Positions 30,403 to 41,205 are shown, counted from the stretch's first letter. The stretch: 64,000 nucleotides of DNA from Candidatus Nezhaarchaeales archaeon (GCA_038887515.1 JAWAKK010000002.1:160001-224000), one strand, 5' to 3'. The notes: generated by a model not told the origin, from the sequence alone. Made by a program: numbers and translations.

Positions 30403-31494
30403 TTAAGACAATTTAATGCATCCATGATTGTCAACTAAGAATACATCTTCATGTCTTACCCCAAACTTCCCCCTAAAGTAAACTCCAGGTTCCACGGTTA
30501 TGACATTACCCCTCTCTAATATATCTTCGCTTAAAGACGACATCGTGGGCTTCTCGTGAACCGAAAGCCCTATGCCATGACCTAACCCGTGGAGAAATTG
30601 TTCATGAAGTCCTCTCTCCTTTAACAGGCATCTAGCCTTTGCGTCTATTAATGAAGCCTTCGTCCCACTCCTTATCTCTAAAGCACATTCCCTTTGTACA
30701 TCTACGACGCAGGTCAATAAGTCCTCTATCTCACGATTGCTTCCAACAATAAAGGTCCTAGTCAAATCTGAGCAGTAACCTTGAACTCTTACTCCTAAAT
30801 CTATCACGACGCTTTCCCCCCTCTCTATACGCTTAGTCGTGGGTTTGGCATGAGGGTATGACGATCTGTACCCCGAGGCTATTACTATGTCGAAGGCCAT
30901 ATTCTCTACACCTTCTTCTCGCAATACCTTTTCTATTTCCGCGGCGAGGCTAACTTCTTTAATTCCCTCCCGCAAAACCTCCAAACCCCTTTCTAGGCCT
31001 TTCTTCGCCTTTTCGACAGCCTCCTTTATACATGATACTTCATAATCGTCCTTCTTTGCCCTAAGCCCCTCTATGTAAGGATGTATAGATCTTAAATCTT
31101 CGATTCCGAGTTTCCTTCTAATAAAATTCATCAATTCTTGGTTGTGTAGGTCGTCCAAGCATATCGGTCCAAACATCCTCTTTTCTACTAGGAAATCGGT
31201 GATGGCCTCCATCACCCTCTTATCTTTGTTTAAGAGTACTACTTCCGCACTTTCGACTTCATCTAGAGCCTCGTAGTACTCTAGAGCCGGTACTAGGAGG
31301 TACGCTTCCTCGTGTTCCTCAAGGATTAGAGCCCAAGAGCTTTTAGGAGGGTTTCCGACCACGTTGAATCCCGTTACATACTGTACGTTCTCAGGCTGAG
31401 TTAATAAAAGCCCATTAGCGTCTAATTCGAGCATGAGTTCCTTTAACTTCTTAACTCTTGACTTAATTACTTTTTTTGGGACCTTACCCTCCAT
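30403..31494 (-). CDS. Xaa-Pro aminopeptidase (M24)
   Basis: DLG...YCSDLTRT, HGLGHGIGL.VHE, TVEPGVY and RHED. Confidence 0.92.
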   Translation of the reverse strand: MEGKVPKKVIKSRVKKLKELMLELDANGLLLTQPENVQYVTGFNVVGNPPKSSWALILEEHEEAYLLVPALEYYEALDEVESAEVVLLNKDKRVMEAITDFLVEKRMFGPICLDDLHNQELMNFIRRKLGIEDLRSIHPYIEGLRAKKDDYEVSCIKEAVEKAKKGLERGLEVLREGIKEVSLAAEIEKVLREEGVENMAFDIVIASGYRSSYPHAKPTTKRIERGESVVIDLGVRVQGYCSDLTRTFIVGSNREIEDLLTCVVDVQRECALEIRSGTKASLIDAKARCLLKERGLHEQFLHGLGHGIGLSVHEKPTMSSLSEDILERGNVITVEPGVYFRGKFGVRHEDVFLVDNHGCIKLS

Positions 31495-31497
31495 TTG

Positions 31498-32520
31498 TTA
31501 ACACACCCTAGGAGTGGGTTCTCCGAGAGGCGGCTCTAACAACTTTCTGCCACCAACTACAGTCTCAAGAACGACTTTACGTTCGGGTTCTCTCTTAACT
31601 TCACCTATGATAGATGCATTGGCGCCATGTTTGGTCTTCCTTATAGCTTCTAAAACTTCATCTGCAATAGAATAGTCAACTACGAGGATCGCAACGCCCT
31701 CGCATGTAACTTCAAGGGGGTTCAATCCTAACATTTCAGAAGCGGCCTTGACTTCTTCTCTTATGGGCACATCTTTTTCTCTGACCCATATTGAAAGACC
31801 AGATTTTAAGGCCATTTCGTTTAAAGCCATTGAAAGCCCACCCCTTGTGGGATCCTTTGCTGCGTGAACTCCTCCAACTTTCAAGGCTGCCTCGATGACG
31901 TCCCATACCGGGGCTACGTCTGACTTTATGGACGTCTCAAACTCTATCCCTTCCCTTACCGACGCTAACGCTATTCCATGATCTCCGACGAACCCCGACA
32001 CTATCACTTTATCGCCCGGCTTTAAGTTTGAGTCCTTCAAAATCCTACCCCTCTCTGCTAAACCTATGCCGGCTGTGCTTATGACTATCTTGTCTACCTT
32101 GCCTTTAGGCATGACCTTAAAATCTCCATGTATTATGGCCGCACCCACTTCTTCGACCGTCTCGTTCATAGACTTTACGATTTTCTCTAGATCCCTTATA
32201 GGGAAGCCTTCTTCAACTATTATCGAGTCCATTAAGGCTAGGGGTCTCGCACCCATGACTGCTAAGTCGTTTATTGTGCCCGCGGCAGCCAGCTTCCCTA
32301 TGTCTCCTCCTGGGAAAAATATGGGGTCGACCGTGTGCCCATCCATCGTCAAAACGATCTCGTAAGTTCCAAGAGGCACCGTGGCTCCGTCATCCATATC
32401 GTCTAGGCCGATACCGTCAAAAACACTTCTCCGCCTTATATTGTTTAAGATCACGCTCTTAATGAGCTCGACCATTATCGTCCCGCCTGCACCATGAGCT
32501 AAGAGGATTTCGCCGTTCAT
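31498..32520 (-). CDS. hypE: Hydrogenase maturation protein HypE
   Basis: AHGAGG, FFPGGDIG, DPTRGG and C-terminal PRVC. Confidence 0.95.
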   Translation of the reverse strand: MNGEILLAHGAGGTIMVELIKSVILNNIRRRSVFDGIGLDDMDDGATVPLGTYEIVLTMDGHTVDPIFFPGGDIGKLAAAGTINDLAVMGARPLALMDSIIVEEGFPIRDLEKIVKSMNETVEEVGAAIIHGDFKVMPKGKVDKIVISTAGIGLAERGRILKDSNLKPGDKVIVSGFVGDHGIALASVREGIEFETSIKSDVAPVWDVIEAALKVGGVHAAKDPTRGGLSMALNEMALKSGLSIWVREKDVPIREEVKAASEMLGLNPLEVTCEGVAILVVDYSIADEVLEAIRKTKHGANASIIGEVKREPERKVVLETVVGGRKLLEPPLGEPTPRVC

Positions 32521-32610
32521 GCTGTCCTCCCTCATTTGCATAAAGCTTATAACCTCTCGTTTTTGAATTTTCTTCGCAATACGTTTTAACGGTTCGGAGT
32601 GGTCGATCGA

Positions 32611-32994
32611 ATGCCCCAATACCACGGCAGGGATCTGAGGAAACCGACTGGAGGCAAGATAAGACCTCACAGGAAGAAGAGGAAGTACGAGATGGGAAGG
32701 GATCCTATTGAGACTCTGCCAGCTAGTCAGGAGAGTAGAATCAAGAAGAGGGTAAAGGGAGGGAACGTGAAGGTCAGCCTTAAATATGCTACGTACGCCA
32801 ACGTACTAGACCCGGAAAGTAATAAGGTCTACAAACTCAAAATATTGGGGGTGAAGGAGAACCCTGCAAGCATCGACTACTCGCGTAGAGGCGTAATAAC
32901 GAAGGGGGCAGTAATAGAAACGGAGAAGGGTTTAGCAAAAGTTACTTCGAGACCTGGACAAGATGGCGTCATCAATGCAGTGTTGTTAAAATAA
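32611..32994 (+). CDS. rps8e: 30S ribosomal protein S8e
   Basis: RKPTGG and TSRPGQDGVINAVL. Confidence 0.96.
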   Translation: MPQYHGRDLRKPTGGKIRPHRKKRKYEMGRDPIETLPASQESRIKKRVKGGNVKVSLKYATYANVLDPESNKVYKLKILGVKENPASIDYSRRGVITKGAVIETEKGLAKVTSRPGQDGVINAVLLK

Positions 32995-33009
32995 AAAGAT
33001 GGTAAGAAG

Positions 33010-33318
33010 GTGAAGGCGATACTCGGCGATAGAAGTAGGATAATAATTTATCCCTGCTATCTAGATTGCACTAGGAGCGAGACTCAAGGAAGGAAGATCC
33101 CCAAGAAGGTAGCCGTGCCATCACCAAAAATCGACGAAATACTCCGAGCAGCTCAAGAGCTGAATCTCGATCCTTTAATTGAAAAGAAGCCACATCCATC
33201 TTGGTGGTACGAGGAATCTTCTAGGGTTTCGGTTAAAAAAATTGCATCTAAGAGAAAGGTACTAATAATGCTAGCTAAGAAGATTGCGGAGAATAGGAAA
33301 GAGAAGTCAAAGAAGTAA
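33010..33318 (+). CDS. srp19: Signal recognition particle protein SRP19
   Basis: IYPCYLD...GRKIPK...P.WW. Confidence 0.9.
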   Translation: MKAILGDRSRIIIYPCYLDCTRSETQGRKIPKKVAVPSPKIDEILRAAQELNLDPLIEKKPHPSWWYEESSRVSVKKIASKRKVLIMLAKKIAENRKEKSKK

Positions 33319-33330
33319 AGTTGGGCCGCA

Positions 33331-33353
33331 TTTTTTTTTCTTAAGTTCTTTTT
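33331..33353 (+). terminator. Oligo-T terminator after the rps8e-srp19 unit
   Basis: T9 run plus a further T run just after the srp19 stop. Confidence 0.5.
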
Positions 33354-33428
33354 AAGCCGAACCTAGCAGCCCACATAAATACCTCAAGAAACCTTTATAT
33401 TATATTCTTGAGAATAATTCTCCCCGTC

Positions 33429-33698
33429 ATGAGGGGCTCTCTAACCCTTCTAGGCTCTGTGCTTCACACATCAAAGAGCAATAAGCTCGTAGTCAAGTGT
33501 TTTTCTAAGGTTGTTCCAAAAGTTGGCTCCCTAGTTTACGATAACAAAAGTAGGCTTATAGGATCAGTATTCGATGTAATAGGCCCTGTCTCGTCACCCT
33601 ACATATTAATTAAGTTATCAGAGGAGATAGGCCCCGATGAATTAAGGCAAGTCAAGAAAGTTTACGTTAATTCTTCTATGAAAAAAACTGGGAGATGA
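33429..33698 (+). CDS. gar1: H/ACA RNP subunit Gar1
   Basis: DVIGPVSSPY; lies upstream of tfb. Confidence 0.85.
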   Translation: MRGSLTLLGSVLHTSKSNKLVVKCFSKVVPKVGSLVYDNKSRLIGSVFDVIGPVSSPYILIKLSEEIGPDELRQVKKVYVNSSMKKTGR

Positions 33699-33705
33699 AT
33701 ATGGG

Positions 33706-34635
33706 ATGAAGAGTCAACTTGTCGATGAACATGAGTTTAAGTGTCCTGAATGTGGAGGTACGGAGTTCTTCAGAGATTATGATCGTGCTGAAATGGCTTG
33801 CGCCAGATGCGGGCTTGTTATAAGCGAGCGTCTTATAGACCAAGGTCCTGAGTGGAGGGCCTTCGATTCTGAGCAGCAAGATAAGAGAGCTAGGGCAGGG
33901 GCCCCATTAACACTTACTATACATGATAAAGGTCTTTCAACAGTAATAGACTGGCACAGAAACGGTAGGTCCACGAAGAACATGAGTCCAGCGAAGAGGA
34001 TGCAAATATATAAGTTGAAGAAGTGGCAACAAAGATCGAGGGTCTCGAACGCCTTTGAAAGAAACTTGACACTTGCTTTATCTGAGTTAGATAGAATATC
34101 GTCCCAGCTTGGCCTTCCAAGAAATGTAAGGGAGAGCGCGGCCATCCTTTATAGGAGGATGGTGGAAGCGAAGATTATAAGAGGTAGATCCATCGAGAGT
34201 ATGGTCGCCGCCGCAATCTATGCTGCGTGTAGGCAAAACAAGATACCTAGAACACTTGACGAAGTAGCTCAAGCTTCTAACATAAAGAAGCGGGAGATAG
34301 GGAGGAGCTATAGGATTCTCCTGAAGACCCTTTTAGCAAAGATCACACCTATGGCCTCCGTGAACTTCATACCCCGACTCATCAATAAATTGAACTTGTC
34401 ACACGACGTCCAAAGACTTGCTATAACAATTCTCGAAAAGGCTAGGGGTATGGGGTTGACCTCGGGTAGGGGCCCTATGGGTATTGCCGCCGCCTCAATA
34501 TACATAGCTTGCGTACTTCAGCAAGTCAAGTGTACTCAGAGGGATATAGCGTCTTCAGCTAACGTAACGGAAGTTACAATAAGAAATAGGTACCAAGAAC
34601 TTATGCGAAAGCTTGAATTTATAGTTGCAGTATAA
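33706..34635 (+). CDS. tfb: Transcription initiation factor TFB
   Basis: Zn ribbon, GPEWRAF, cyclin repeats and VTEVTIRNRY. Confidence 0.96.
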   Translation: MKSQLVDEHEFKCPECGGTEFFRDYDRAEMACARCGLVISERLIDQGPEWRAFDSEQQDKRARAGAPLTLTIHDKGLSTVIDWHRNGRSTKNMSPAKRMQIYKLKKWQQRSRVSNAFERNLTLALSELDRISSQLGLPRNVRESAAILYRRMVEAKIIRGRSIESMVAAAIYAACRQNKIPRTLDEVAQASNIKKREIGRSYRILLKTLLAKITPMASVNFIPRLINKLNLSHDVQRLAITILEKARGMGLTSGRGPMGIAAASIYIACVLQQVKCTQRDIASSANVTEVTIRNRYQELMRKLEFIVAV

Positions 34636-34643
34636 CTTCTCCC

Positions 34644-35006
34644 GTGGAGCGTAGTCGAAAGGCGCACAACGAAATATACGTGAAAGCCCTCGAAATAATA
34701 AGGAAAGCAGGCCCTCAAGGGGTTTGGCAGCGGGATCTATGGAAAACGTTAAAAGTTAGTAGCCGCGAGGGATCGCGCATAGCTCTAACATTAGAGAAGA
34801 AAGGTTTAATTATAAGGGAACCAGTCATTCAGGGTCGTTTAAAGACCTTCAGACTTATAGCGGTTTCTAACGACCTCAAGGTAAGCTTAGAGGCTATAGA
34901 GGGGTGTCCATGTTTTTCATGTATGAACTTATCGCGTTGCGGCGCTGGGCAACCAATAAGCCCCGAGAACTGTGAGGATCTGACGAACTGGCTATCAAAA
35001 ATGTAG
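34644..35006 (+). CDS. wHTH plus Cys-cluster protein, RPC34-like/TFE-beta
   Basis: N-terminal wHTH; C-terminal CPCFSC...C...PENC...W. Confidence 0.75.
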   Translation: MERSRKAHNEIYVKALEIIRKAGPQGVWQRDLWKTLKVSSREGSRIALTLEKKGLIIREPVIQGRLKTFRLIAVSNDLKVSLEAIEGCPCFSCMNLSRCGAGQPISPENCEDLTNWLSKM

Positions 35007-35021
35007 GTTTAAGGGTACGCT

Positions 35022-35648
35022 ATGTCTAAGAGATGGCGAATGGAGAGGTCAAAGGACCCTTACCACAGGATGGCTAAAGACTTCGGGTTTAGGTCTCGCG
35101 CTGCCTTTAAATTGATTGAGATTAATAGGAAGTTCTGCGTAATCAGGAAGGGAGACGTAGTTTTAGATGTAGGGGCCTATCCTGGAGGGTGGCTACAGGT
35201 AGCATCTAAAGTAGTAGGTCCCAGAGGCTTTATAATAGGTGTAGACATAAAACCCATAAGGGAACTGGGTCTCCCGAATGTCAAGACGATTATAGGCGAT
35301 ATCTGCGATGAAAGGCTTCGTGAGGAACTTGCATGTATAGTGCCCCGCAAAGTCGACGTGATATTGTCCGATGCCTCTCCAAAGCTGACGGGCGTATGGT
35401 CAACAGATATGGCTAGGCATATCCACATAACCTGTTGCGTCATTAAGCTTGCCAATAAACTGCTGAAGGAAGGAGGCGTAGCTGTTATAAAGGCTTTTCA
35501 GGGAAGCGAACTCAAGGACCTTATATCGAATTTACAGCTTGTCTTCAATAAGGTACGAGTATTCAAACCCATGGCATCGCGGCAAAAAAGCAGGGAAGTA
35601 TATTTAATATGTAAGGGTTTCCGCGGAAATAACGACATAAGCACGTAA
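35022..35648 (+). CDS. rlmE: 23S rRNA 2'-O-methyltransferase RlmE/FtsJ
   Basis: RSRAAFKL, GAYPGGW, SDASP and SREVY. Confidence 0.93.
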   Translation: MSKRWRMERSKDPYHRMAKDFGFRSRAAFKLIEINRKFCVIRKGDVVLDVGAYPGGWLQVASKVVGPRGFIIGVDIKPIRELGLPNVKTIIGDICDERLREELACIVPRKVDVILSDASPKLTGVWSTDMARHIHITCCVIKLANKLLKEGGVAVIKAFQGSELKDLISNLQLVFNKVRVFKPMASRQKSREVYLICKGFRGNNDIST

Positions 35649-35669
35649 AGCTCAATGGGTTAACCAGTT

Positions 35670-36839
35670 ATGCACATAAAAGTACCTCTTAAGCTAGTAA
35701 ACGAAGGCCAAGTCAAGATATTATTGCCTGATGAAGAGGTTTTGGGAAAGGACGAGGCTAGGAAAATAGTATTCTATAACGAGGTCATGTCATTTTCGCG
35801 GGACTTCTCCATATGTGTACTTAAGGCCTACGCAAACCTAAGCGGCAGAAAGGACCTACGAGTTATTGAGCCGTTAACAGCTAGTGGGGTTAGGGGGATC
35901 AGGTATGCTAAGGAAGTTGAAGAAGTAAGCAAGGTAGTGATCTCGGACGTTAACCCCATAGCTGTAAATATAGCAAGAATTAACGCAGTACTAAATAAAG
36001 TAAAAGAAAAAATCGTAGTAAGACTTTCTAACGCTAACTCCCTATTGTCTAGGTACGCTGTTAAAGGGAAGAGGCTCGACGCCGTCGATATAGATCCTTT
36101 CGGCTCGCCCGCCCCCTTTGTGGACTCAGCCATTAGAGCAACCTCGATAGGTGGCATCATAGCTCTAACGGCCACGGACATGCCTCCTCTTTGTGGTGTC
36201 TACCCTCAAGTCGCATTTAGGAGATATGGAGGTCTATCGTTAAGGACGGAGTACTGCCACGAACTTGCTGTGAGACTCGTCCTGGGCCTTCTTTATAGAG
36301 AAGCCGGTAAACACAAGCTGTCGATAAAGCCTTTGATATCTCACAGCACGAGACATTACATAAGAGTCTTCGTTCAATTGACAGGGCTTAGGGATCGCAT
36401 GAATAGCATGGGCTTTATATACCATTGTTTCAAGTGCTTAAGCAGGAAAGTCGTAAGCATTGAGGACGTACCTTTAACTAGAGCCAAGTGCGAAAAGTGC
36501 GGCAATCAAATGGATGCCGCAGGCCCCCTCTGGATAGATCCCATATTCGATAGGTCCTTCTGTGAAGAAGTTGCAAAAGTCGCCTCTTCTCTGGACTTGC
36601 CAAATAAAAAGGAACTTAAGAAAACATTAGAGTTGATACTAGCAGAAGCGGATGGTCCTCCAACTTTTTATACCCTAGACGCTATCTCCCATAAGTATAA
36701 GTTGAGACAACCCAAGATACGAGAGTTAATAGAAAAGATGCGTTCTCAAGGTTTTCGGGTATCTCCAACACACTTTAACCCTAAAGGGCTTAGATTCGAT
36801 GGAGAAGTATCAGAGCTTGTTAAGATATTAACTCATTGA
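35670..36839 (+). CDS. trm1: tRNA (G26-N2)-dimethyltransferase
   Basis: VFYN, SGVRGIRY, DIDPFGSP and GPLW. Confidence 0.93.
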   Translation: MHIKVPLKLVNEGQVKILLPDEEVLGKDEARKIVFYNEVMSFSRDFSICVLKAYANLSGRKDLRVIEPLTASGVRGIRYAKEVEEVSKVVISDVNPIAVNIARINAVLNKVKEKIVVRLSNANSLLSRYAVKGKRLDAVDIDPFGSPAPFVDSAIRATSIGGIIALTATDMPPLCGVYPQVAFRRYGGLSLRTEYCHELAVRLVLGLLYREAGKHKLSIKPLISHSTRHYIRVFVQLTGLRDRMNSMGFIYHCFKCLSRKVVSIEDVPLTRAKCEKCGNQMDAAGPLWIDPIFDRSFCEEVAKVASSLDLPNKKELKKTLELILAEADGPPTFYTLDAISHKYKLRQPKIRELIEKMRSQGFRVSPTHFNPKGLRFDGEVSELVKILTH

Positions 36840-37796
36840 TGATACCTCTATTAGCTCTTCTGGACTGCTGATGTCCTCGAGTTTTTTAGCATTTATGACC
36901 CCATCCTCTTTGCGGAGGGTCTTTCGTGCTACAACGAGTCTCCTAACCTTAGCGACCTCGGCTACCCCTTTCAATACTTCTACCCCCTTTCTCGACCTGT
37001 CACTTAGGGTTTCAACAGTCAATATCAGAATAGTTTTACCTCCCTCGCCGTTTTTCTTGGCTATGATATTAAAGGGAGCATCTTTAAACTTAAAAATTGA
37101 GAAACCAAGCCTCGACAACTTCAAAGCAACCTCTTCTTGTAACCTTTGTCTTCCAGCCCCGCCAAGACTCTCCTCCTTCTTAAAGTCCTCAACCGTAACA
37201 TCGCTCAAAATATTTATGGGTTTAAAGGCCTGTATGACCTCCTCTTCGTCTACATACCTTTTAAGAACTTCATAAAGCCTAAAAGCTACGTCGACAGTTG
37301 CATCCATCTCACCCTTTTCGTACTCGTAAACCGCTTTCCTCGTAACTCCAAGCAAATTGGCTAGGCCACCTAACGATAGACCAATTCTTTCCCGTATTTC
37401 TCGTAGCTTCTTTCCATCGATCTTTACGTAGAACCTCCCACCTTTGTAGTAAACGTACTGCTTCCCTCCTTCAAAGTACTCCAGTAGAGCATCTGGGTGA
37501 ACAGCATAGATACCTTGCTTTTCGTAGGCAGCCCCTCTGTCTATCTCGTTATCTGCCTCCTTTTCGCTGACGACTATGGGGTGCGCCCTTAAAGCGTAAC
37601 TTGCCTTCTTTATTTCTAAGGCGCACTGGCTCCTCAAGTTTAAGAGATCTTCAAGCACCTTAATTAAGAATAACTTGCTTCCGCTTCTAGCCACTATGTT
37701 TATGGCGCTTCTTTCATTGATGTAAGGTCTCGAGGTCTCGAACCCCTTATCCTGCAGAACTTCTAAGGTTCTAGCGATAACTTTCTCTATGGACAC
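36828..37796 (-). CDS. Archaeal HTH (Cro/C1-type) putative transcriptional regulator
   Basis: GLSLGGLANLLGVTRKAVYEYEKG between nuclease-like domains. Confidence 0.8.
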   Translation of the reverse strand: MSIEKVIARTLEVLQDKGFETSRPYINERSAINIVARSGSKLFLIKVLEDLLNLRSQCALEIKKASYALRAHPIVVSEKEADNEIDRGAAYEKQGIYAVHPDALLEYFEGGKQYVYYKGGRFYVKIDGKKLREIRERIGLSLGGLANLLGVTRKAVYEYEKGEMDATVDVAFRLYEVLKRYVDEEEVIQAFKPINILSDVTVEDFKKEESLGGAGRQRLQEEVALKLSRLGFSIFKFKDAPFNIIAKKNGEGGKTILILTVETLSDRSRKGVEVLKGVAEVAKVRRLVVARKTLRKEDGVINAKKLEDISSPEELIEVSSMS

Positions 37797-37808
37797 GGAG
37801 TCAATCCC

Positions 37809-38267
37809 TCACTCCATGCCGGAGACGAAGCCTACGACTGTCGTAGTTCTTAGCTTACTCCGAAGAATAGCTACGTAGGGCTTATATAATAAATTTTTAC
37901 CTTTCTCACAATATACAGCTTTATCGTACCCCAAGACCTTGGCTACCACATCTGCCTCTAAATCTCCTCCACATATCATGTAGACACCTTCCCCCATATC
38001 TATCATGCGTAAGATCACTATAGGTAGTCTTAGCTTGTCGTGGTATTGAGCTGGCACTATGTTAGCCAGAAATTCGAGCTCTCTCTTCTCCATTATTAGT
38101 TCTTCCCCCGACCTAGTCAAGACCTTAGGCTCCTCCATATTCAGTAATTCCTTCAAAGTCTTACTCTCCTTAGGCAGGTGATCATTTATTCTCTCTATTT
38201 CTCTTGCTAAAATTCGACTAATCCTATCTATGAAATTCTTCTCGAACCTAGAGAAGCCGTTGAACAA
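37809..38267 (-). CDS. DUF61 family protein
   Basis: INDHLP...TLKELL...LRLPIVI. Confidence 0.75.
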   Translation of the reverse strand: MFNGFSRFEKNFIDRISRILAREIERINDHLPKESKTLKELLNMEEPKVLTRSGEELIMEKRELEFLANIVPAQYHDKLRLPIVILRMIDMGEGVYMICGGDLEADVVAKVLGYDKAVYCEKGKNLLYKPYVAILRSKLRTTTVVGFVSGME

Positions 38268-38273
38268 TAAAGT

Positions 38274-38966
38274 TCACACTCTACGTGCCAATATCATTGC
38301 ATGGTCCACGTCGTATGGTTCTAGGTGTACCACGTTGACTATCTCGAAACCTCCACTTTTTAAGGTCTCCATCTCTCTCCTATATACTTCAGAAGGCTCT
38401 CTAGTGACGTCGATGCTCCTAGCCTTTATTGCTAGGAAGGCCCAGCCATTCTTCTTTAAGTAGAAGTCGGCGTTGTCTATTAGAATCTTGCTCTGATATG
38501 GCTGTGCAACGTCTTGATATATTACGTCGACTTCTTCGACTATGTATGTGTACTCGGCTGGTAGGCGCGCGTCCGCTAATATCGGTACGACGTTCCTTCT
38601 ATATTTGGCTACCCTCTCTAAGAACTCTCTCATAACTCTCGGAGAGAACTCAACGCCATATACTCGTCCTCTATCGCCTACAATATCAGATATATGAGAA
38701 CAAGTAGTTCCCGAAGCAACTCCTAGATACAGCACCTTAATTCCCTCAGTTATAGGAGACGTTTTCAAGCCCTTCATAAAGGCTGCTGCAAGCTTAGACC
38801 TATAAGAATCCCAAAGTCTGAGTTCCATATTCTCGTACTTGAGAAGCGCTTCACCGTAAACTTTGACTCCAGGAACCAAGTTACGGGTTGCTAGTCTAGT
38901 ACTGCCATCATCCATTTCTACAACATATACTCCTTTTATACTCTCATGAGGTTTAATATCCAACAA
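38274..38966 (-). CDS. flpA: Fibrillarin-like rRNA/tRNA 2'-O-methyltransferase
   Basis: RSKLAAA, LYLGVASGTT, DVAQP and KARSID. Confidence 0.96.
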   Translation of the reverse strand: MLDIKPHESIKGVYVVEMDDGSTRLATRNLVPGVKVYGEALLKYENMELRLWDSYRSKLAAAFMKGLKTSPITEGIKVLYLGVASGTTCSHISDIVGDRGRVYGVEFSPRVMREFLERVAKYRRNVVPILADARLPAEYTYIVEEVDVIYQDVAQPYQSKILIDNADFYLKKNGWAFLAIKARSIDVTREPSEVYRREMETLKSGGFEIVNVVHLEPYDVDHAMILARRV

Positions 38967-38969
38967 CTC

Positions 38970-40178
38970 TCACCCTTTTCCTCTCTTCGTCCTCTTAGGA
39001 GGTTTCTTCTCGACAATCTTCTTGGGTGGAGTTTTATACGTCTCTTTTATTTCCCTAATCCTATTCTTTAAGTCCTCTTTTAATTCGTCAGCTACGTACT
39101 CGCCAGTGAAAAAGTCTACTCTAGCGGCTATCGCTATTTTTCCGGCTAAAGCCCTAGCTATCTTCCCTCTCTGCCACCTAGGCGATTTGTGTATTTCAGG
39201 GTATTGGAATATTATACCATGTTTAGGAGGCTTACCTCCAGTCTTCAGGGCTCTAAATAGCGCTTTTTCAGCGCCTAAGAGCTGAATTGTGCTTGCAGGC
39301 ATTTTTGCTAGTCTCTCTAGCCCACCTGCAAGAGCTATTAAGCGGGCTCCTAGGACCGGTCCCACAAGCTCTTTTATGTTGGGAGCAACCTCACCCATAA
39401 CTTCGTCAACATATCTTTTTAACTTCTCGTTTAACTCATAGAGCTTAAGGGTTACAGAAGCCACATCCCTTATCACTTCTACATCCTTTTGAAGGACGTT
39501 AGCCCCGAGCGATGCACCATGCCCTAAGAATTTAGTTATCTTGTCCTTAATTTGATCTAGTTTTTCTAAAACGTCCTGCCTCTTTAGGTTATCTCTATGC
39601 CCTATTATTAATAAGGATTTAACGAAATCCTCGTGATCCTTTATGGCGCTTCCAAGCTCGGGAAAATGTATTCCATACCATTCTCTCAGTCTAGATGCTA
39701 AGATGTTGAGCATCTTCTCTACTTCGTCTATACAAGAAACGGCTTGAGCTACTAGCAAGTCTCTCTTCTCGACCGCTTCAACTATTCTCTTTGCGCTTAG
39801 ATTAAGGGCCACTTTGTGAAGAGATAATGCTGCCTCCTCCTCGCTTTTTGCATAACCAATTTTAACTGCAAGGCTTAACAAGTTGGCTCTCACACTTTTC
39901 GCAATGCTGCTTGGAGCCTCCACCTTAACTTCTTGAAATCCTGAGCTAACGAGTGCTTGCGCAATTTTAGGGTCTTCAACTATAAGTTCGGTGACGCCAA
40001 GCTTTCGAGCTTTTTCGCAAAGCTCCTTTATCTCGTCAAAGCTCTCTCCTTTATTCAACGAGTAAAGCTTTTCTGCTTGGACTTCAAAGTCCTTTGGGAA
40101 CATAACCTTTTCAAGTACTTCTCCTCTATCATCGCATAACAGGAGGCCTATGAAGCTGCCTACGACATAACCTTTCAT
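38970..40178 (-). CDS. nop5: C/D box RNP protein Nop5 (Nop56/58)
   Basis: REWYGIHFPEL, GAEKALF and PKHGIIFQ. Confidence 0.95.
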   Translation of the reverse strand: MKGYVVGSFIGLLLCDDRGEVLEKVMFPKDFEVQAEKLYSLNKGESFDEIKELCEKARKLGVTELIVEDPKIAQALVSSGFQEVKVEAPSSIAKSVRANLLSLAVKIGYAKSEEEAALSLHKVALNLSAKRIVEAVEKRDLLVAQAVSCIDEVEKMLNILASRLREWYGIHFPELGSAIKDHEDFVKSLLIIGHRDNLKRQDVLEKLDQIKDKITKFLGHGASLGANVLQKDVEVIRDVASVTLKLYELNEKLKRYVDEVMGEVAPNIKELVGPVLGARLIALAGGLERLAKMPASTIQLLGAEKALFRALKTGGKPPKHGIIFQYPEIHKSPRWQRGKIARALAGKIAIAARVDFFTGEYVADELKEDLKNRIREIKETYKTPPKKIVEKKPPKRTKRGKG

Positions 40179-40280
40179 AACCTTATGCTCCTCACTTTCG
40201 ATCTTCTTCTAGTTTTCAGGTTTAAGTTACTAATTAAATGGTTACCATGATAATATATAACTGTTTTCTGTTTAACTATT

Positions 40281-41195
40281 ATGGTAATCATGAAACTGGA
40301 TGTAAGGATAGCGTCGCTAACCCTGAAGAATCCCATAATGTTGGCGTCGGGCATAGTCGGTACGACTCCGTCCATGCTTACTAGAGCTTACAGAGCTGGC
40401 GCCTCTGCTGTAGTTACTAAGTCTATAACGGTGAACCCTAGAGAGGGCTACCCTAACCCTGTAATAGTGGAATTGCGCTACGGTCTCCTAAACGCTATAG
40501 GTCTCGCTAATCCCGGAGTTGAAAACTACCTCTCTGAGTGTATTGAGAATAGGAGGACTCTAGCGAAAATTCCCCTGATCTTCAGCATAGCTGGCTCTAA
40601 AGTAGAGGACTACGTAAATGTCGCTAAACTAATCTCTGAGGGGAGCGTGGGCAAAGCTCTAGAACTAAACTTATCGTGTCCTCACGTGCGTGAAACCAAG
40701 CTGTTTTCCGAAGACCCTAGATTGACAGCTCAAGTAGTTAAGGCCGTCTGTGACGTCAGCTTGCTACCAGTCTTCGTGAAGATAGGGCTAACGACGAACT
40801 TTATTGAGGTAGCCGAGGCAGCGATAAAGCACGGAGCTTCGGCTATAACGGCTATAAACTCCATAAAAGCTATGGCAATAGACATAAGCGCCAAGAGACC
40901 AGTGCTTTCGTCGATTTATGGAGGTCTCTCGGGACCAGCCATTAAGCCCATAGCTTTAAGGGTGGTCTACGAGCTCTATGAAAACTTTGATATCCCGATA
41001 ATAGGCGTAGGCGGAATAACGGTATGGCAAGACGTTGTCGAGTTTATGATGGCTGGAGCTACAGCCGCCCAAGTAGGTACAGCACTATACAAGCGAGGCT
41101 TTAAGGTATTTAGGGAGCTCGTGAAAGGATTGAGAAGTTACATGGAGAAAGAAGGTTTAAAGGACGTTAAAGATTTGATAGGTATCGCTCATTGA
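40281..41195 (+). CDS. pyrD: Dihydroorotate dehydrogenase 1B catalytic subunit
   Basis: NAIGLANPG, NLSCPH and GGLSGPAIKP. Confidence 0.95.
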   Translation: MVIMKLDVRIASLTLKNPIMLASGIVGTTPSMLTRAYRAGASAVVTKSITVNPREGYPNPVIVELRYGLLNAIGLANPGVENYLSECIENRRTLAKIPLIFSIAGSKVEDYVNVAKLISEGSVGKALELNLSCPHVRETKLFSEDPRLTAQVVKAVCDVSLLPVFVKIGLTTNFIEVAEAAIKHGASAITAINSIKAMAIDISAKRPVLSSIYGGLSGPAIKPIALRVVYELYENFDIPIIGVGGITVWQDVVEFMMAGATAAQVGTALYKRGFKVFRELVKGLRSYMEKEGLKDVKDLIGIAH

Positions 41196-41205
41196 GGTAA
41201 CGGCC